Assembly: GCA_944358795.1 (NCBI GenBank)
Contig: CALVRW010000011.1
Coordinates: 5,737-69,736, forward strand
DNA: 64,000 bases
DNA from: an uncultured Bacilli bacterium
GTDB taxonomy: Bacteria > Bacillota_I > Bacilli_A > RF39 > UBA660
Direction: 5' to 3'
Shown in pieces: positions 1 through 9,150 of this stretch. The position numbers and the translations under genes were made by a program. Under the pieces are notes generated by a model. That model had not been told where the DNA came from and ran no database searches. It worked only from the letters and a program-made list of their open reading frames with translations. Each line of letters opens with the position of its first letter. Position 1 is the first letter of the stretch.

Positions 1-786
1 CTAGATGAAGATGGAAGTTTAACAAATTATTTATATCATCATCAAGATCAACTAGAACAGTTAACTTCTAAAGAAGAGTATGAATTTTATAAAACAGTTG
101 TCAATCAAAAACCATTTATCTTCTTATTTGGAAATGAAGAATTAAAAGAAAGTGAAGCGTTTTTTCAAAAATATTTTGCTAAATACTCTGATATTGAAGT
201 TGATGTTGAAAGGGAAAATCATTATTTAACATTACACAATCAGGTACAAGAGATAGAGGAGACAAAGCCATATCATGAATCACTGTTATTTTTAATTTAT
301 AAAGTGGAGAATATGAAAGAGGAAGATGAAAAGTATTTAATGTTGATAAAAGATTTGTTAACTTATAAATCAACTAATTTATTACATAAAAAATTACGTA
401 CGGAAAAGAAACTTGTATATCATACTAGTTGTATTCTAGAAGTAAAACATGGAAGTCTTGCTATTGTAGGTGGAATTCATCGGGATAATAAAGAAGAAAT
501 GATGGATGCAGTAAATGAATTATTTGAATCTTTTTGTGACGAAGATAAAATCAAGGAATTATTACCAAATTTACATGAAGAGTATGAATGTGATTTGATA
601 CGAAATTTAGATAGTAAATCTTATATGAGAAATGAATTTTTAGATAAGTATTTTAATATTGCGAAAACGGATAAAGAAATTATCGAAGAATTAAAAACAA
701 TTACGGCTTTAGAATTAAAAGAATTTATGAAAAGACTAAAATTAGACTATATTTATTTTCTAAGAGGTGAAGAAGATGCAAGATAA
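1..786 (+). CDS. C-terminal part of an M16 (insulinase/pitrilysin) family peptidase-like protein; 5' end lies outside the window
   Basis: Frame 1 is open from base 1 to the TAA at 784-786. It is coupled to the next M16 gene by an 11-nt overlap. The domain assignment is inferred from that pairing and from sequence composition. Confidence 0.55.
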   Translation, partial: LDEDGSLTNYLYHHQDQLEQLTSKEEYEFYKTVVNQKPFIFLFGNEELKESEAFFQKYFAKYSDIEVDVERENHYLTLHNQVQEIEETKPYHESLLFLIYKVENMKEEDEKYLMLIKDLLTYKSTNLLHKKLRTEKKLVYHTSCILEVKHGSLAIVGGIHRDNKEEMMDAVNELFESFCDEDKIKELLPNLHEEYECDLIRNLDSKSYMRNEFLDKYFNIAKTDKEIIEELKTITALELKEFMKRLKLDYIYFLRGEEDAR

Positions 787-2023
787 TATAAAAAATTACA
801 CATTAGAAAATGGATTACAAGTTTATTTTTTGAAAGATTCTAAAAAACATAATGTAGAAGTCAATTTGGTTGTTAAATTTGGTGGTTTAGATAAAGATTT
901 TTTAATCGATGGAAAAGAAGTTCGTTTTTGTGATGGAATGGCACATTTATTAGAACATTATACCCTTGAAGCAAGCGAGTATGGCTTATTAATGCAACAG
1001 TTTAATAAGCGTTATATGTATTCTAATGGATATACCAATAAATTTAGAACACTATATTTTTTTAATGCTGTTAAATATGTGGATGAAGGACTAGAACTAT
1101 TGATTAAAGGAATTCATAAGCCTGATTTTACGAATGAACGTTTAGATTTTATTAAAAATGCGATTCGCGAAGAAATTAGAATGACTCGTGATTCTCGAAG
1201 TCGTCGATTATTAGAATTAATAGTATCACAATTATTTAGAAAACTTTCATATCGTAGTGTAATTGGAACAATTTCTGAAATTGATGCGATTACCCTTGAT
1301 GAAGTAAAGAAAGCATTTAAGGCACTTTATATTCCGAAAAATGAAATGATATTTGTATCTGGTAATTTTAATGAAGAGGAAATGTTAGATAAAATAAAAA
1401 AATTATATTGTGAGCTAGAATTTGAAACTCATGATGTAAAACGCATTTCTATCGATGAGCCGAAAGAAGTAAGTAAACAAAAAGAAAAACTTGTTTTTCC
1501 AGTAGCAGAGCCTATTTATCAATTAACATTTAAACTTGATGTTGGAAAGTTAAGTAATGAAGATCAAGCAAGATTGTTTTTCTATCTAGATATATTTTTG
1601 GATGCTAATTTTAGTAAATTGTCTAAAATATATTCTCAATTAAAAGAAGAAAATGTTATAAAAAGAGGAATTGATACTGATAACATTATGTTTCATCGTT
1701 ATTGGTTGATTTCAATAGGCGCATTTACGGAGAAAAAAGATAGATTGAAAGAAGTTGTTTTAGATCGAATAAAACATCCTATTTTTAATAAAGATGATTA
1801 TGATTTATTATTAAATGAAATCAAAATGAAGGCTGTATTAAGAGAAGAACACCTAAGTAGTGTCATGGATAATTTGATCAATAATATAACACTCTTGGAT
1901 TATTATCATTTAGATGATATTGAATTTTTAGATAAATTAACGTTTGAAGAGTATCAATCATTTATAAATGCTCTTGATTTTAGTCAATATATTGAAACAG
2001 AAGTAGTAGACTATGAAAAGTAG
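776..2023 (+). CDS. M16 family zinc metallopeptidase (active subunit type)
   Basis: Inverted zinc-binding motif HxxEH is present as GMAHLLEHYTLEAS. The RBS aagaggtga sits before the ATG at 776; the ORF track starts at GTG 767, which lies inside that RBS. The start overlaps the upstream M16-like ORF. Confidence 0.8.
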   Translation: MQDNIKNYTLENGLQVYFLKDSKKHNVEVNLVVKFGGLDKDFLIDGKEVRFCDGMAHLLEHYTLEASEYGLLMQQFNKRYMYSNGYTNKFRTLYFFNAVKYVDEGLELLIKGIHKPDFTNERLDFIKNAIREEIRMTRDSRSRRLLELIVSQLFRKLSYRSVIGTISEIDAITLDEVKKAFKALYIPKNEMIFVSGNFNEEEMLDKIKKLYCELEFETHDVKRISIDEPKEVSKQKEKLVFPVAEPIYQLTFKLDVGKLSNEDQARLFFYLDIFLDANFSKLSKIYSQLKEENVIKRGIDTDNIMFHRYWLISIGAFTEKKDRLKEVVLDRIKHPIFNKDDYDLLLNEIKMKAVLREEHLSSVMDNLINNITLLDYYHLDDIEFLDKLTFEEYQSFINALDFSQYIETEVVDYEK

Positions 2024-2109
2024 TTTACTTCTTTTTTCTTTTATTAAGGCAAATACCATATGCATAAATGTACCTGGGTCATAAGATACATTAGATAAGG
2101 AAGGGAGAG

Positions 2110-2265
2110 ATGATGATGTTTGCAAGACGTAGAGGTTGCTGTAATCCTGGAATGGGGTATGCAATGAATCAAGGTCAATGTGGATGTATGCCACAACCAA
2201 TTGTTGAACCTGCTATTAATAAATGTGTTGAGAGAGAATTCTGTCATGAAGTACAACAAGTGTGA
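2110..2265 (+). CDS. Small (51 aa) Cys-rich peptide, MMMFARRRGCCNPGMGYAMNQGQCGCMPQPIVEPAINKCVEREFCHEVQQV
   Basis: A strong RBS GGAAGGGAG lies immediately upstream of three consecutive ATGs (2110, 2113, 2116), and the frame is clean to the TGA at 2263-2265. The ORF is absent from the ORF track because it is under 60 aa. The minus-strand ORFs that overlap it are probably spurious. Confidence 0.45.
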   Translation: MMMFARRRGCCNPGMGYAMNQGQCGCMPQPIVEPAINKCVEREFCHEVQQV

Positions 2266-2365
2266 TATTTTATGATAGACCAAAATATTTAAGGGATAAA
2301 TCAAGTTAAAGGCATTTTGATAAGAAATATCTTTTTGTGTGGTATACTATATATAGGTGATATTA

Positions 2366-3211
2366 ATGAAGATGAATGATTATATCAATATAGTTAAAAA
2401 AAATATTAAGAATGATAATTCGCAAATAATAATGATAAATCAGATTAAGCGATATTTTGATTATAAAGATAGACATATAGATTTAAAAAAATATGAAATA
2501 GGAGATGAGGTTTTTCTAAATAAAGGAACATTACTCCATGGAACATATAAAAATTTAGATGGGTTAAAAGAAATTGTAAATAATGGTTTAATTTCAAGTT
2601 GGTTCATAGATGGAAGATTATCTAAATATCCTAGTTCAGTTGGGGTATGGAATCTAAAACATGATTATAAATTATCTGAATATATTAATTTTTATTCTGG
2701 AGGAACGATATTTTATGCTGGTATATTTGAAAATGGAGTAGATACTCAGAAAAATAAGACTGCCATTATTCCGTATGATGAAATGAATAATATTATAGAT
2801 ATAACAACAAGTGTTAACTGTCATATGTGGACTTTAGAACAAACAAAAGAAGCAAGATTTATGCCTAGTTTAGTTCAAAATAATGTACAAATTGGCATTA
2901 TATTTAATGGACAAAATGATGAAGTAAGAGAATTGTTAAAAGGTGACATTTTATCTAATTCTATTAATGATGAAGATGTAAAAGAATTTGTTAATTCAAA
3001 TTATTATGAGAAATTTATAAGAGACAGAAAAAATAAAGATGATTTTTTTACGGATAGAGAAAGCGCAATTTTGTTTGGATTACCATCCAACTTGATAGAA
3101 GGTATATTAGTCGGTAGAAAATATGAAAAAGATAATCAGATTTTAAAAGAGATAAAATCGTTATTACCAGATTGTTATATATGTAACTTAGATGGTATTG
3201 TGATAGCTTAA
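2366..3211 (+). CDS. Hypothetical protein (about 281 aa); ends 13 nt upstream of the Fic gene
   Basis: Long ORF with RBS aggtga before the ATG at 2366 (the ORF track starts at GTG 2357). I recognised no motif. Confidence 0.5.
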   Translation: MKMNDYINIVKKNIKNDNSQIIMINQIKRYFDYKDRHIDLKKYEIGDEVFLNKGTLLHGTYKNLDGLKEIVNNGLISSWFIDGRLSKYPSSVGVWNLKHDYKLSEYINFYSGGTIFYAGIFENGVDTQKNKTAIIPYDEMNNIIDITTSVNCHMWTLEQTKEARFMPSLVQNNVQIGIIFNGQNDEVRELLKGDILSNSINDEDVKEFVNSNYYEKFIRDRKNKDDFFTDRESAILFGLPSNLIEGILVGRKYEKDNQILKEIKSLLPDCYICNLDGIVIA

Positions 3212-3224
3212 AGGAGTTTTAACT

Positions 3225-3974
3225 ATGGATATAAAAAAAATTAAAAACGAATTAATTAAACAAAAGGAATCAAAATTTAAAGGTAATATCTATCATTATT
3301 CACAGGTTAACTTTTCTTTTAATTCAAATAAGATTGAAGGGAGTAGATTAACTAGTGAACAAACAGAAGCGATATTTGATACATCTTCTTTTATTCCTAA
3401 AAGTGATGATTTAATTAAATTAGATGATTTAACTGAATCCAAAAATCATTTTAAATTATTTGATTATATGTTAGATCATGTAGAAGAATTATTGTCTAAA
3501 AATATGATAATTGAAATGAATAAGATATTAAAAAGAAATACTAGTGATGAAGAAAATCCTAGATATAATGTAGGTGGTTTTAAAGTTGTTCCTAATATAA
3601 TAGGATTAGTTAATGTTATCAATACAACTGCACCTGAAGATGTAGAACGAGAAATAGAAGAATTATTAAATGAATATAATTCTAAAACTAATATTACTTT
3701 AGAAGATATCGTTGACTTTCATTTTAGATTTGAAAGAATTCATCCTTTTGGAGATGGAAATGGTCGTGTTGGTAGAATGATTATGTTTAAAGAATGTTTA
3801 AGAAATAACATTATGCCATTTATTGTATTAGATGATGATAAACCTTATTATATGAGAGGTTTAAAGGAATATGAGAATGATAAAATGTTCTTAATTGATA
3901 CGATAAAGCACGAACAAGATTTGTATGAAGAAATGTGTAAAGAATTATTAAATTTTGATATAAAAGAAAAATAA
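3225..3974 (+). CDS. Fic/Doc family protein (probable AMPylator or phosphotransferase)
   Basis: Canonical Fic active-site motif HPFGDGNGRVGR (HPFx[DE]GNGRxxR). Confidence 0.85.
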   Translation: MDIKKIKNELIKQKESKFKGNIYHYSQVNFSFNSNKIEGSRLTSEQTEAIFDTSSFIPKSDDLIKLDDLTESKNHFKLFDYMLDHVEELLSKNMIIEMNKILKRNTSDEENPRYNVGGFKVVPNIIGLVNVINTTAPEDVEREIEELLNEYNSKTNITLEDIVDFHFRFERIHPFGDGNGRVGRMIMFKECLRNNIMPFIVLDDDKPYYMRGLKEYENDKMFLIDTIKHEQDLYEEMCKELLNFDIKEK

Positions 3975-4273
3975 TAAAGAACTAAACATCCTATAGAACT
4001 GTATTATTACAATTGGGATGTTTTTGTATACTTTGAATTGATAAAAGAAGTAATACTAAAATGAATCTTTTATCCATAAATTTAAGTGAGGTGTTTCAAG
4101 TTTATGGATAAATATAAGATTCATTATATATTTCATGAGAAGAACGATATGAATGATATTTTTATTAATGTGTTAAATAAGGAGTTAAAAAAGTTTATTT
4201 TATCAAATTGTAAAGACAAAAAAAGGAAAGATTCATCATCCAATCATTGTCTTACTTTAGAAAGAGGAAACAA

Positions 4274-5842
4274 TTGATTTATAACGTTAATCAAATATAT
4301 AGTGCGGGACTTTATATTAGACTATCAAGAGAAGATGATGATAAGATTTTAGAAAGTGAGAGTATAACGAATCAAAAGAGGTTATTACTTCAGTATGTGA
4401 AAGAAAATCATTTAACTGTTTATGATATATATGTTGATGATGGATATTCTGGGACAAATTTTGACCGACCAGATTTTAATCGATTACTCAGTGATATTGA
4501 ATTAGGTAAAGTGAATATGGTTATTACCAAAGATATGTCAAGATTAGGAAGAGATTATATTGGTACAGGAAATTTAATAGAAAAGTATTTTCCAGAACAC
4601 AATGTTAGATATATAGCAGTTACTGATAATATCGATACATTTTTAGATAGTTCTAATAATGATATCGCCCCATTTAAAGCAATAATGAATGATATGTACG
4701 CGAAAGATATTTCAAAAAAGATTAAATCTAGTTTACGTGCAAAGCAAAAAGAAGGAAAGTGGGTAAGTGGAAGATGCCCTTTTGGATATATGCAAGATCC
4801 TAGTGATAAGAATCACTTAGTAATCAATGAAGAGCAAGCATTCGTAGTGAAAAGAATTTATCATATGTGTTTGGATGGATTATCCTGTTTTAAAATAGCA
4901 AAACAATTAACGAATGAAGGAGTAAAAACTCCAGCACAATATTATAATTTTGAGTGGAAAAGTCATTATAATTTAAATTATGGAATATGGAATTCTAAAA
5001 CAATCAGAGATATATTAACGAATCAAATGTACATCGGAAATTTGGTTCAAAATAAAAGAAATAAAGTGAATTATAAAGTGAAGAAAATTGTTACCAATAA
5101 TCCTGAAAATTATATTGTTGTAGAAAATACCCATGAACCAATTATTGACAAAGATACTTTTTATGAAGTACAAAAAAGAATTCCTAAAAATGTAGGAAGA
5201 AACGAGAAAAAAGAAAATCATTTGTTAGATGGAATTTTATATTGTGGGGATTGTGGACATAGGATTGGAGTAACTTCTAGGAGAAAAAAGGATAACAGAT
5301 GTTATACGATTTGTAATTATTATAGAACTTATATGAAACAAAAGGTATGTACAACTCATTCGAATAATTATGACGAATTAGAAAAAGTAATTCTTAGTTC
5401 TTTAACTAATGTGTGTTTAAATTATATTAATGAAGATAAAATTAAAAATAATGTATTAAATAATTTAATTGAAGATAACAAAATTAATAACAAAAAAGAG
5501 TTAGAAATACTTACCAATGATATTAAACAAATAAATGATAATTTAGATATTATTTATATTGATAAATTAAATAAAAAAATAACTGAAGAACAATTTGGAA
5601 GAGTAAAAGTAAAATTAGAGCGGGAATTACATATAAAACAAAAAAGATATGATGATTTAAATAATGATATTAATAATACTGTCAATGAAGAATCTAAAAA
5701 TAAAATGATTCATGAGTACACTAAAAAATTTCTATCTATGAAAAAGCCTAGTAGGGAATTAATAATTAATTTAATTGATAAGATAGAAATATTTGAAGAT
5801 AAGACTATCAATATTAAGGTTTGTTTTAATAATTTTCATTAG
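4274..5842 (+). CDS. Large serine recombinase (resolvase/invertase N-domain plus recombinase and zinc-ribbon C-domain)
   Basis: N-terminal catalytic region GLYIRLSREDDD resembles the large serine recombinase YxRxSxxxQ/D motif. A Cys-rich stretch CGDCGHRIG...CYTICNYY and a coiled-coil tail are present. RBS aaagagga sits before the TTG at 4274; the ORF track uses TTG 4247, so the start is uncertain. Confidence 0.85.
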   Translation: MIYNVNQIYSAGLYIRLSREDDDKILESESITNQKRLLLQYVKENHLTVYDIYVDDGYSGTNFDRPDFNRLLSDIELGKVNMVITKDMSRLGRDYIGTGNLIEKYFPEHNVRYIAVTDNIDTFLDSSNNDIAPFKAIMNDMYAKDISKKIKSSLRAKQKEGKWVSGRCPFGYMQDPSDKNHLVINEEQAFVVKRIYHMCLDGLSCFKIAKQLTNEGVKTPAQYYNFEWKSHYNLNYGIWNSKTIRDILTNQMYIGNLVQNKRNKVNYKVKKIVTNNPENYIVVENTHEPIIDKDTFYEVQKRIPKNVGRNEKKENHLLDGILYCGDCGHRIGVTSRRKKDNRCYTICNYYRTYMKQKVCTTHSNNYDELEKVILSSLTNVCLNYINEDKIKNNVLNNLIEDNKINNKKELEILTNDIKQINDNLDIIYIDKLNKKITEEQFGRVKVKLERELHIKQKRYDDLNNDINNTVNEESKNKMIHEYTKKFLSMKKPSRELIINLIDKIEIFEDKTINIKVCFNNFH

Positions 5843-5877
5843 GATTATGATATAATAGTGTATTAAGAGGTGGTAGT

Positions 5878-7455
5878 ATGAGTATTTTAACAAGTGCAAG
5901 TAGTTCCTCTGTTAGCAGAGGTTATGATTATTATAAAAAAAATAAAGTTCGTAATGTAAAGCAATTAAATGATCATGAATTTGAAGGATATGTTGATGGA
6001 AGTTTAAAAAATCCTTATTATGTAAAAATAGATATAGCACATCCGAGAAAATCCTATTGTGATTGTCCTCATGCAAACGGAAATATTACTTGTAAACATA
6101 TGACTGCATTATATTTTGAACTATTTCCTGAAGAAGTGGAAGATTATGAATCATGGTTAAATAGTGATTATGATGAAGACGAAGAAGATGATTACTACGA
6201 ATATGATCGATATTATGACGATTATGATTATAGAGAATCTTCTAATTTTGAAAAACCATTATTTTTTGATGTAGTATTAGAAAAATACGTTAATGATTTG
6301 AGTATAGAAGAGTTAAAACAAACATTGTTAACAGAACTTAAAAGTAATGAAAAAATAACGTTTGAATTATATTTAGAAAAGAATTATAAAAAATATTTAC
6401 AAAATAATAGTGACGAGTTTGCGTTTTTAGATAAATTGAATAAAAAGGTACAAGATTTAACAGAATACTATAATTATGACTATAATGATTTTAATAAAGA
6501 AATATTAAATGTCAGACAAAAAAGAAAAATAGAAGAGTTATACAAAAACAAATCATTACAATTACAAATAGATAAAATATTATTAAACGAGAAATTAGCT
6601 GTATATACAGATTATAAGTGGATTGCCAAGTTTTATAAGAAAAATAAAAATAATGAAGAAATATATGAATTTTGTAATGTATTAAAAAACTATTTAGATA
6701 GTTTAAAACATTATAGTATAAAAAACACAGTTCCAAAATCAAATGTCTTAATCACAATACATTTATTAAATGATTTTAGTATAACAGAGTGTGCAAATCT
6801 GATGTTGAAAAACGCGAAATATTTACAATATATTGATTATATTGTTGAAAATAGTAATGATGTTTTAAATTTGTATAAATCATTTATGAAATTAATTGAA
6901 AAGAATTATTTTAAGAATAAAATGTATATTCCAAATGTACTATATAGATTTGTTATGGTTACTGATTTTGAAAATAATGATATAAATAAAAATTATTATT
7001 TGTATAGTTATTTATGTTTAGGTCATGTTGAATATTTAGATATTTTGGGATATTATTTAACAGCAGACGAAATTATTAAGATAGTAGAAAATAAAACTAA
7101 AGACATTTTCTTGCTTGTTAAACTTTATAAATTTTATGACAAAAAAGAAAAGTTATGGAATTTATTAATTGATAGTAATTATAAATATCTATTGTTAGAT
7201 AATATAGAAATATTAAAAGGAAAATACAATGATGCGTTATATAATCATTTTATAGATGAATTTTATAATATTTTAAAAGATGGTAAGAACAGGGAGACTT
7301 ATCATAAAGCATCGAAATATATAAGTGCAATTTCAAAATTAAATAATGGTAATGATCTAATAGAAAAAATAGTAATAGATTTAAAAAACTCAGATTATCA
7401 GAAATGTTCAGCATTATTTGATGAAATCAATAAGTCTATTAGCAATAATAGTTAA
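5878..7455 (+). CDS. SWIM zinc-finger domain protein with an acidic D/E/Y-rich stretch
   Basis: CxCxnCxH pattern CDCPHANGNITCKHMTALYFE is typical of SWIM fingers. It is followed by the acidic run DYDEDEEDDYYEYDRYYDDYDYRE. RBS aagaggtgg. Confidence 0.55.
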   Translation: MSILTSASSSSVSRGYDYYKKNKVRNVKQLNDHEFEGYVDGSLKNPYYVKIDIAHPRKSYCDCPHANGNITCKHMTALYFELFPEEVEDYESWLNSDYDEDEEDDYYEYDRYYDDYDYRESSNFEKPLFFDVVLEKYVNDLSIEELKQTLLTELKSNEKITFELYLEKNYKKYLQNNSDEFAFLDKLNKKVQDLTEYYNYDYNDFNKEILNVRQKRKIEELYKNKSLQLQIDKILLNEKLAVYTDYKWIAKFYKKNKNNEEIYEFCNVLKNYLDSLKHYSIKNTVPKSNVLITIHLLNDFSITECANLMLKNAKYLQYIDYIVENSNDVLNLYKSFMKLIEKNYFKNKMYIPNVLYRFVMVTDFENNDINKNYYLYSYLCLGHVEYLDILGYYLTADEIIKIVENKTKDIFLLVKLYKFYDKKEKLWNLLIDSNYKYLLLDNIEILKGKYNDALYNHFIDEFYNILKDGKNRETYHKASKYISAISKLNNGNDLIEKIVIDLKNSDYQKCSALFDEINKSISNNS

Positions 7456-7544
7456 TTAAATTTTAACAATTGGATACAATAATAATTAAAAAATAATTGA
7501 CAAATGTATAAACATTGTATATACTTAAAGTGGGTGGAGATGAT

Positions 7545-7808
7545 ATGATGGAAGCAAGACTTCAAAAATGGGGAAATTCAGACGGAATAAGAATTCCTAG
7601 TAGTTTTTTAAAATCACTTAATTTAAAAACAAATGATGTCGTCGAATTAATACAAAAAGAAGATTCTATTATTATTTCAAAACCTAAAAAAAAGCATTTA
7701 TCATTAGAAGAAAGAATTGAAATGTATGAACAATTACCAGATAATGAAAAAGGAACAGTAGAATCATATGATTGGGGAGAAGATATAGGAAAGGAAAAAT
7801 TTTATTAA
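7545..7808 (+). CDS. mazE: MazE/AbrB-fold antitoxin
   Basis: MMEARLQKWGNSDGIRIPSSFLKSLNL matches the SpoVT/AbrB swapped-hairpin antitoxin signature. Its stop overlaps the toxin start in a TAATG junction. Confidence 0.7.
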   Translation: MMEARLQKWGNSDGIRIPSSFLKSLNLKTNDVVELIQKEDSIIISKPKKKHLSLEERIEMYEQLPDNEKGTVESYDWGEDIGKEKFY

Positions 7809-8140
7809 TGTATATACCAAAACAAGGAGATATATGTTATATGGATTTTGCACCAACAAAAGGTCATGAACAAGCTGGAGTAAGACCTGCTATCGTAATT
7901 AGTAAAGATTACTATAATAAATATACGAATATGGCAATTATTTGCCCAATTACAACAAATACAAAAAAGTTCCCTACTCATTATGAAATTAAAAACACAA
8001 AAAGAGTGAAAGGTTCTGTTTTATGTGAACATATTAGAAGTATAGATTTTAATGTTCAAAAATTATCATTTATTGAAAAAATAAAAGAAGAAGAGTTAGA
8101 AGAAATAATAGATATAGTAAATGGGATAATAGAAATTTAG
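7808..8140 (+). CDS. mazF: MazF/PemK family endoribonuclease toxin
   Basis: MYIPKQGDICYMDFAPTKGHEQAGVRPAIVIS is characteristic of PemK/MazF. The ATG overlaps the mazE stop. Confidence 0.8.
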   Translation: MYIPKQGDICYMDFAPTKGHEQAGVRPAIVISKDYYNKYTNMAIICPITTNTKKFPTHYEIKNTKRVKGSVLCEHIRSIDFNVQKLSFIEKIKEEELEEIIDIVNGIIEI

Positions 8141-8305
8141 TATATCAAAAAAGGCCACACACATATTTGCCCAATCCATACACATGTAATAAATCGTCAT
8201 ATCTATAATCATACGTATACACCACAATTTAGTTGTTCAGAAGAAAATCAAGTTGTGAATAATGACCCAGGTTGTAGTGGTGGATTTATGAATCAAAATT
8301 TCTAA
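8141..8305 (+). pseudogene. Start-less His/Cys-rich reading frame (…GHTHICPIHTHVINRHIYNHTYTPQFSCSEENQVVNNDPGCSGGFMNQNF*), candidate remnant of a small spore-coat-like peptide gene
   Basis: The frame is open from the base after the mazF TAG to the TAA at 8303-8305. It contains no in-frame ATG and only a late GTG. It shares the NPG…MNQ segment with the 2110..2265 peptide. Confidence 0.3.
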
Positions 8306-8336
8306 AAAATAAAAAGGTTCTCCTTTTTATTTTTTT
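8306..8336. terminator. Rho-independent terminator-like hairpin (aaaaagg ttct cctttttatttttt)
   Basis: GC-containing stem followed by a T-run. Confidence 0.5.
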
Positions 8337-8374
8337 GAGTATATGATAATATAGAATTGAAAGTAGGCGTTTTA

Positions 8375-8773
8375 ATGAAAGTATTGACAATCAAAGAACC
8401 ATGGGCATCTTTAATTATTGATGGGTATAAAGAATATGAATTTCGTAGTTGGAAAACATCTTATCGGGGAAAAATATTAATTCATGCTGGTATGAGTTTA
8501 GAACAAGATATGCTAAAACGATTTCAAGATTATCATTTAAATTGTCAAAAGGGAGCGATTATTGGAGAAGCAGAGTTGACAGATTGTATTTTAGTTGATG
8601 ATGAATTTAATGAAGCATTACAAAAGATTGATCCGATTGTATATGGGAGAAGTAATCATACAGAAACATATGCATGGAAATTAGAACATGTAAAAAAATA
8701 TAAAAATCCAATTTCAATAAAAGGAAAATTAGGATTATGGAATTATGAAGGAGAGAAAGAAGATGACCTATAA
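8375..8773 (+). CDS. ASCH domain protein
   Basis: LTIKEPWASLIIDGYKEYEFRSW resembles the ASC-1 homology (PUA-like) fold signature. The ORF track starts at TTG 8357. Confidence 0.5.
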   Translation: MKVLTIKEPWASLIIDGYKEYEFRSWKTSYRGKILIHAGMSLEQDMLKRFQDYHLNCQKGAIIGEAELTDCILVDDEFNEALQKIDPIVYGRSNHTETYAWKLEHVKKYKNPISIKGKLGLWNYEGEKEDDL

Positions 8774-9050
8774 GATGCGATTACAAAAAGAACCATTTGA
8801 ACAAATTAAATTGGGTAAGAAAACAATTGAATTACGATTATATGATGAAAAAAGAAAGCAAATTAAAGTTGGAGATATAATTGAATTTACGAATAGAGAT
8901 ACAAATGAAATAATTTATACAACTGTGATCGCATTACATCGATATGATAGTTTCAAAGAATTGTATCAACATTTTGATAAAATTTTATTAGGATACAATG
9001 AATCAGAAACACCTCATTATCAAGATATGGAATTATATTATTCGCCATAG
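8763..9050 (+). CDS. Small ASCH/PUA-like domain protein
   Basis: MRLQKEPFEQIKLGKKTIELRLYDEKRK…VGDIIEF has an ASCH-like arrangement. RBS aaggagag sits before the ATG at 8763. Confidence 0.45.
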   Translation: MTYKMRLQKEPFEQIKLGKKTIELRLYDEKRKQIKVGDIIEFTNRDTNEIIYTTVIALHRYDSFKELYQHFDKILLGYNESETPHYQDMELYYSP

Positions 9051-9110
9051 AACAAGAGAAATATGGTGTTGTTGGGATTGAAATTAGATTATTACATAAA
9101 TAGGAGTTTG

Positions 9111-9150
9111 AAAATAAAAAAGACATCCTTTCTTGGATGTTTTATTTTTT
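9111..9150. terminator. Bidirectional rho-independent terminator between convergent genes
   Basis: Stem agacatcc / ggatgttt, with an A-run upstream and a T-run downstream. Confidence 0.6.

Noticed and set aside
1958-2304. Two minus-strand ORFs (80 and 86 aa) overlapping the small Cys-rich peptide gene
   Set aside because: No RBS and an odd composition. They are antisense to a well-signalled plus-strand ORF and are probably artefacts of AT-rich sequence.
4086-4277. 63-aa ORF upstream of the recombinase
   Set aside because: It overlaps the recombinase start region and has no RBS. It is more likely leader or promoter sequence.
2298-8262. Shared 10-mer aaatcaagtt at both flanks of the recombinase island, as candidate att cores
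   Set aside because: A single 10-mer match in AT-rich DNA is within chance expectation. It has no imperfect inverted-repeat context.
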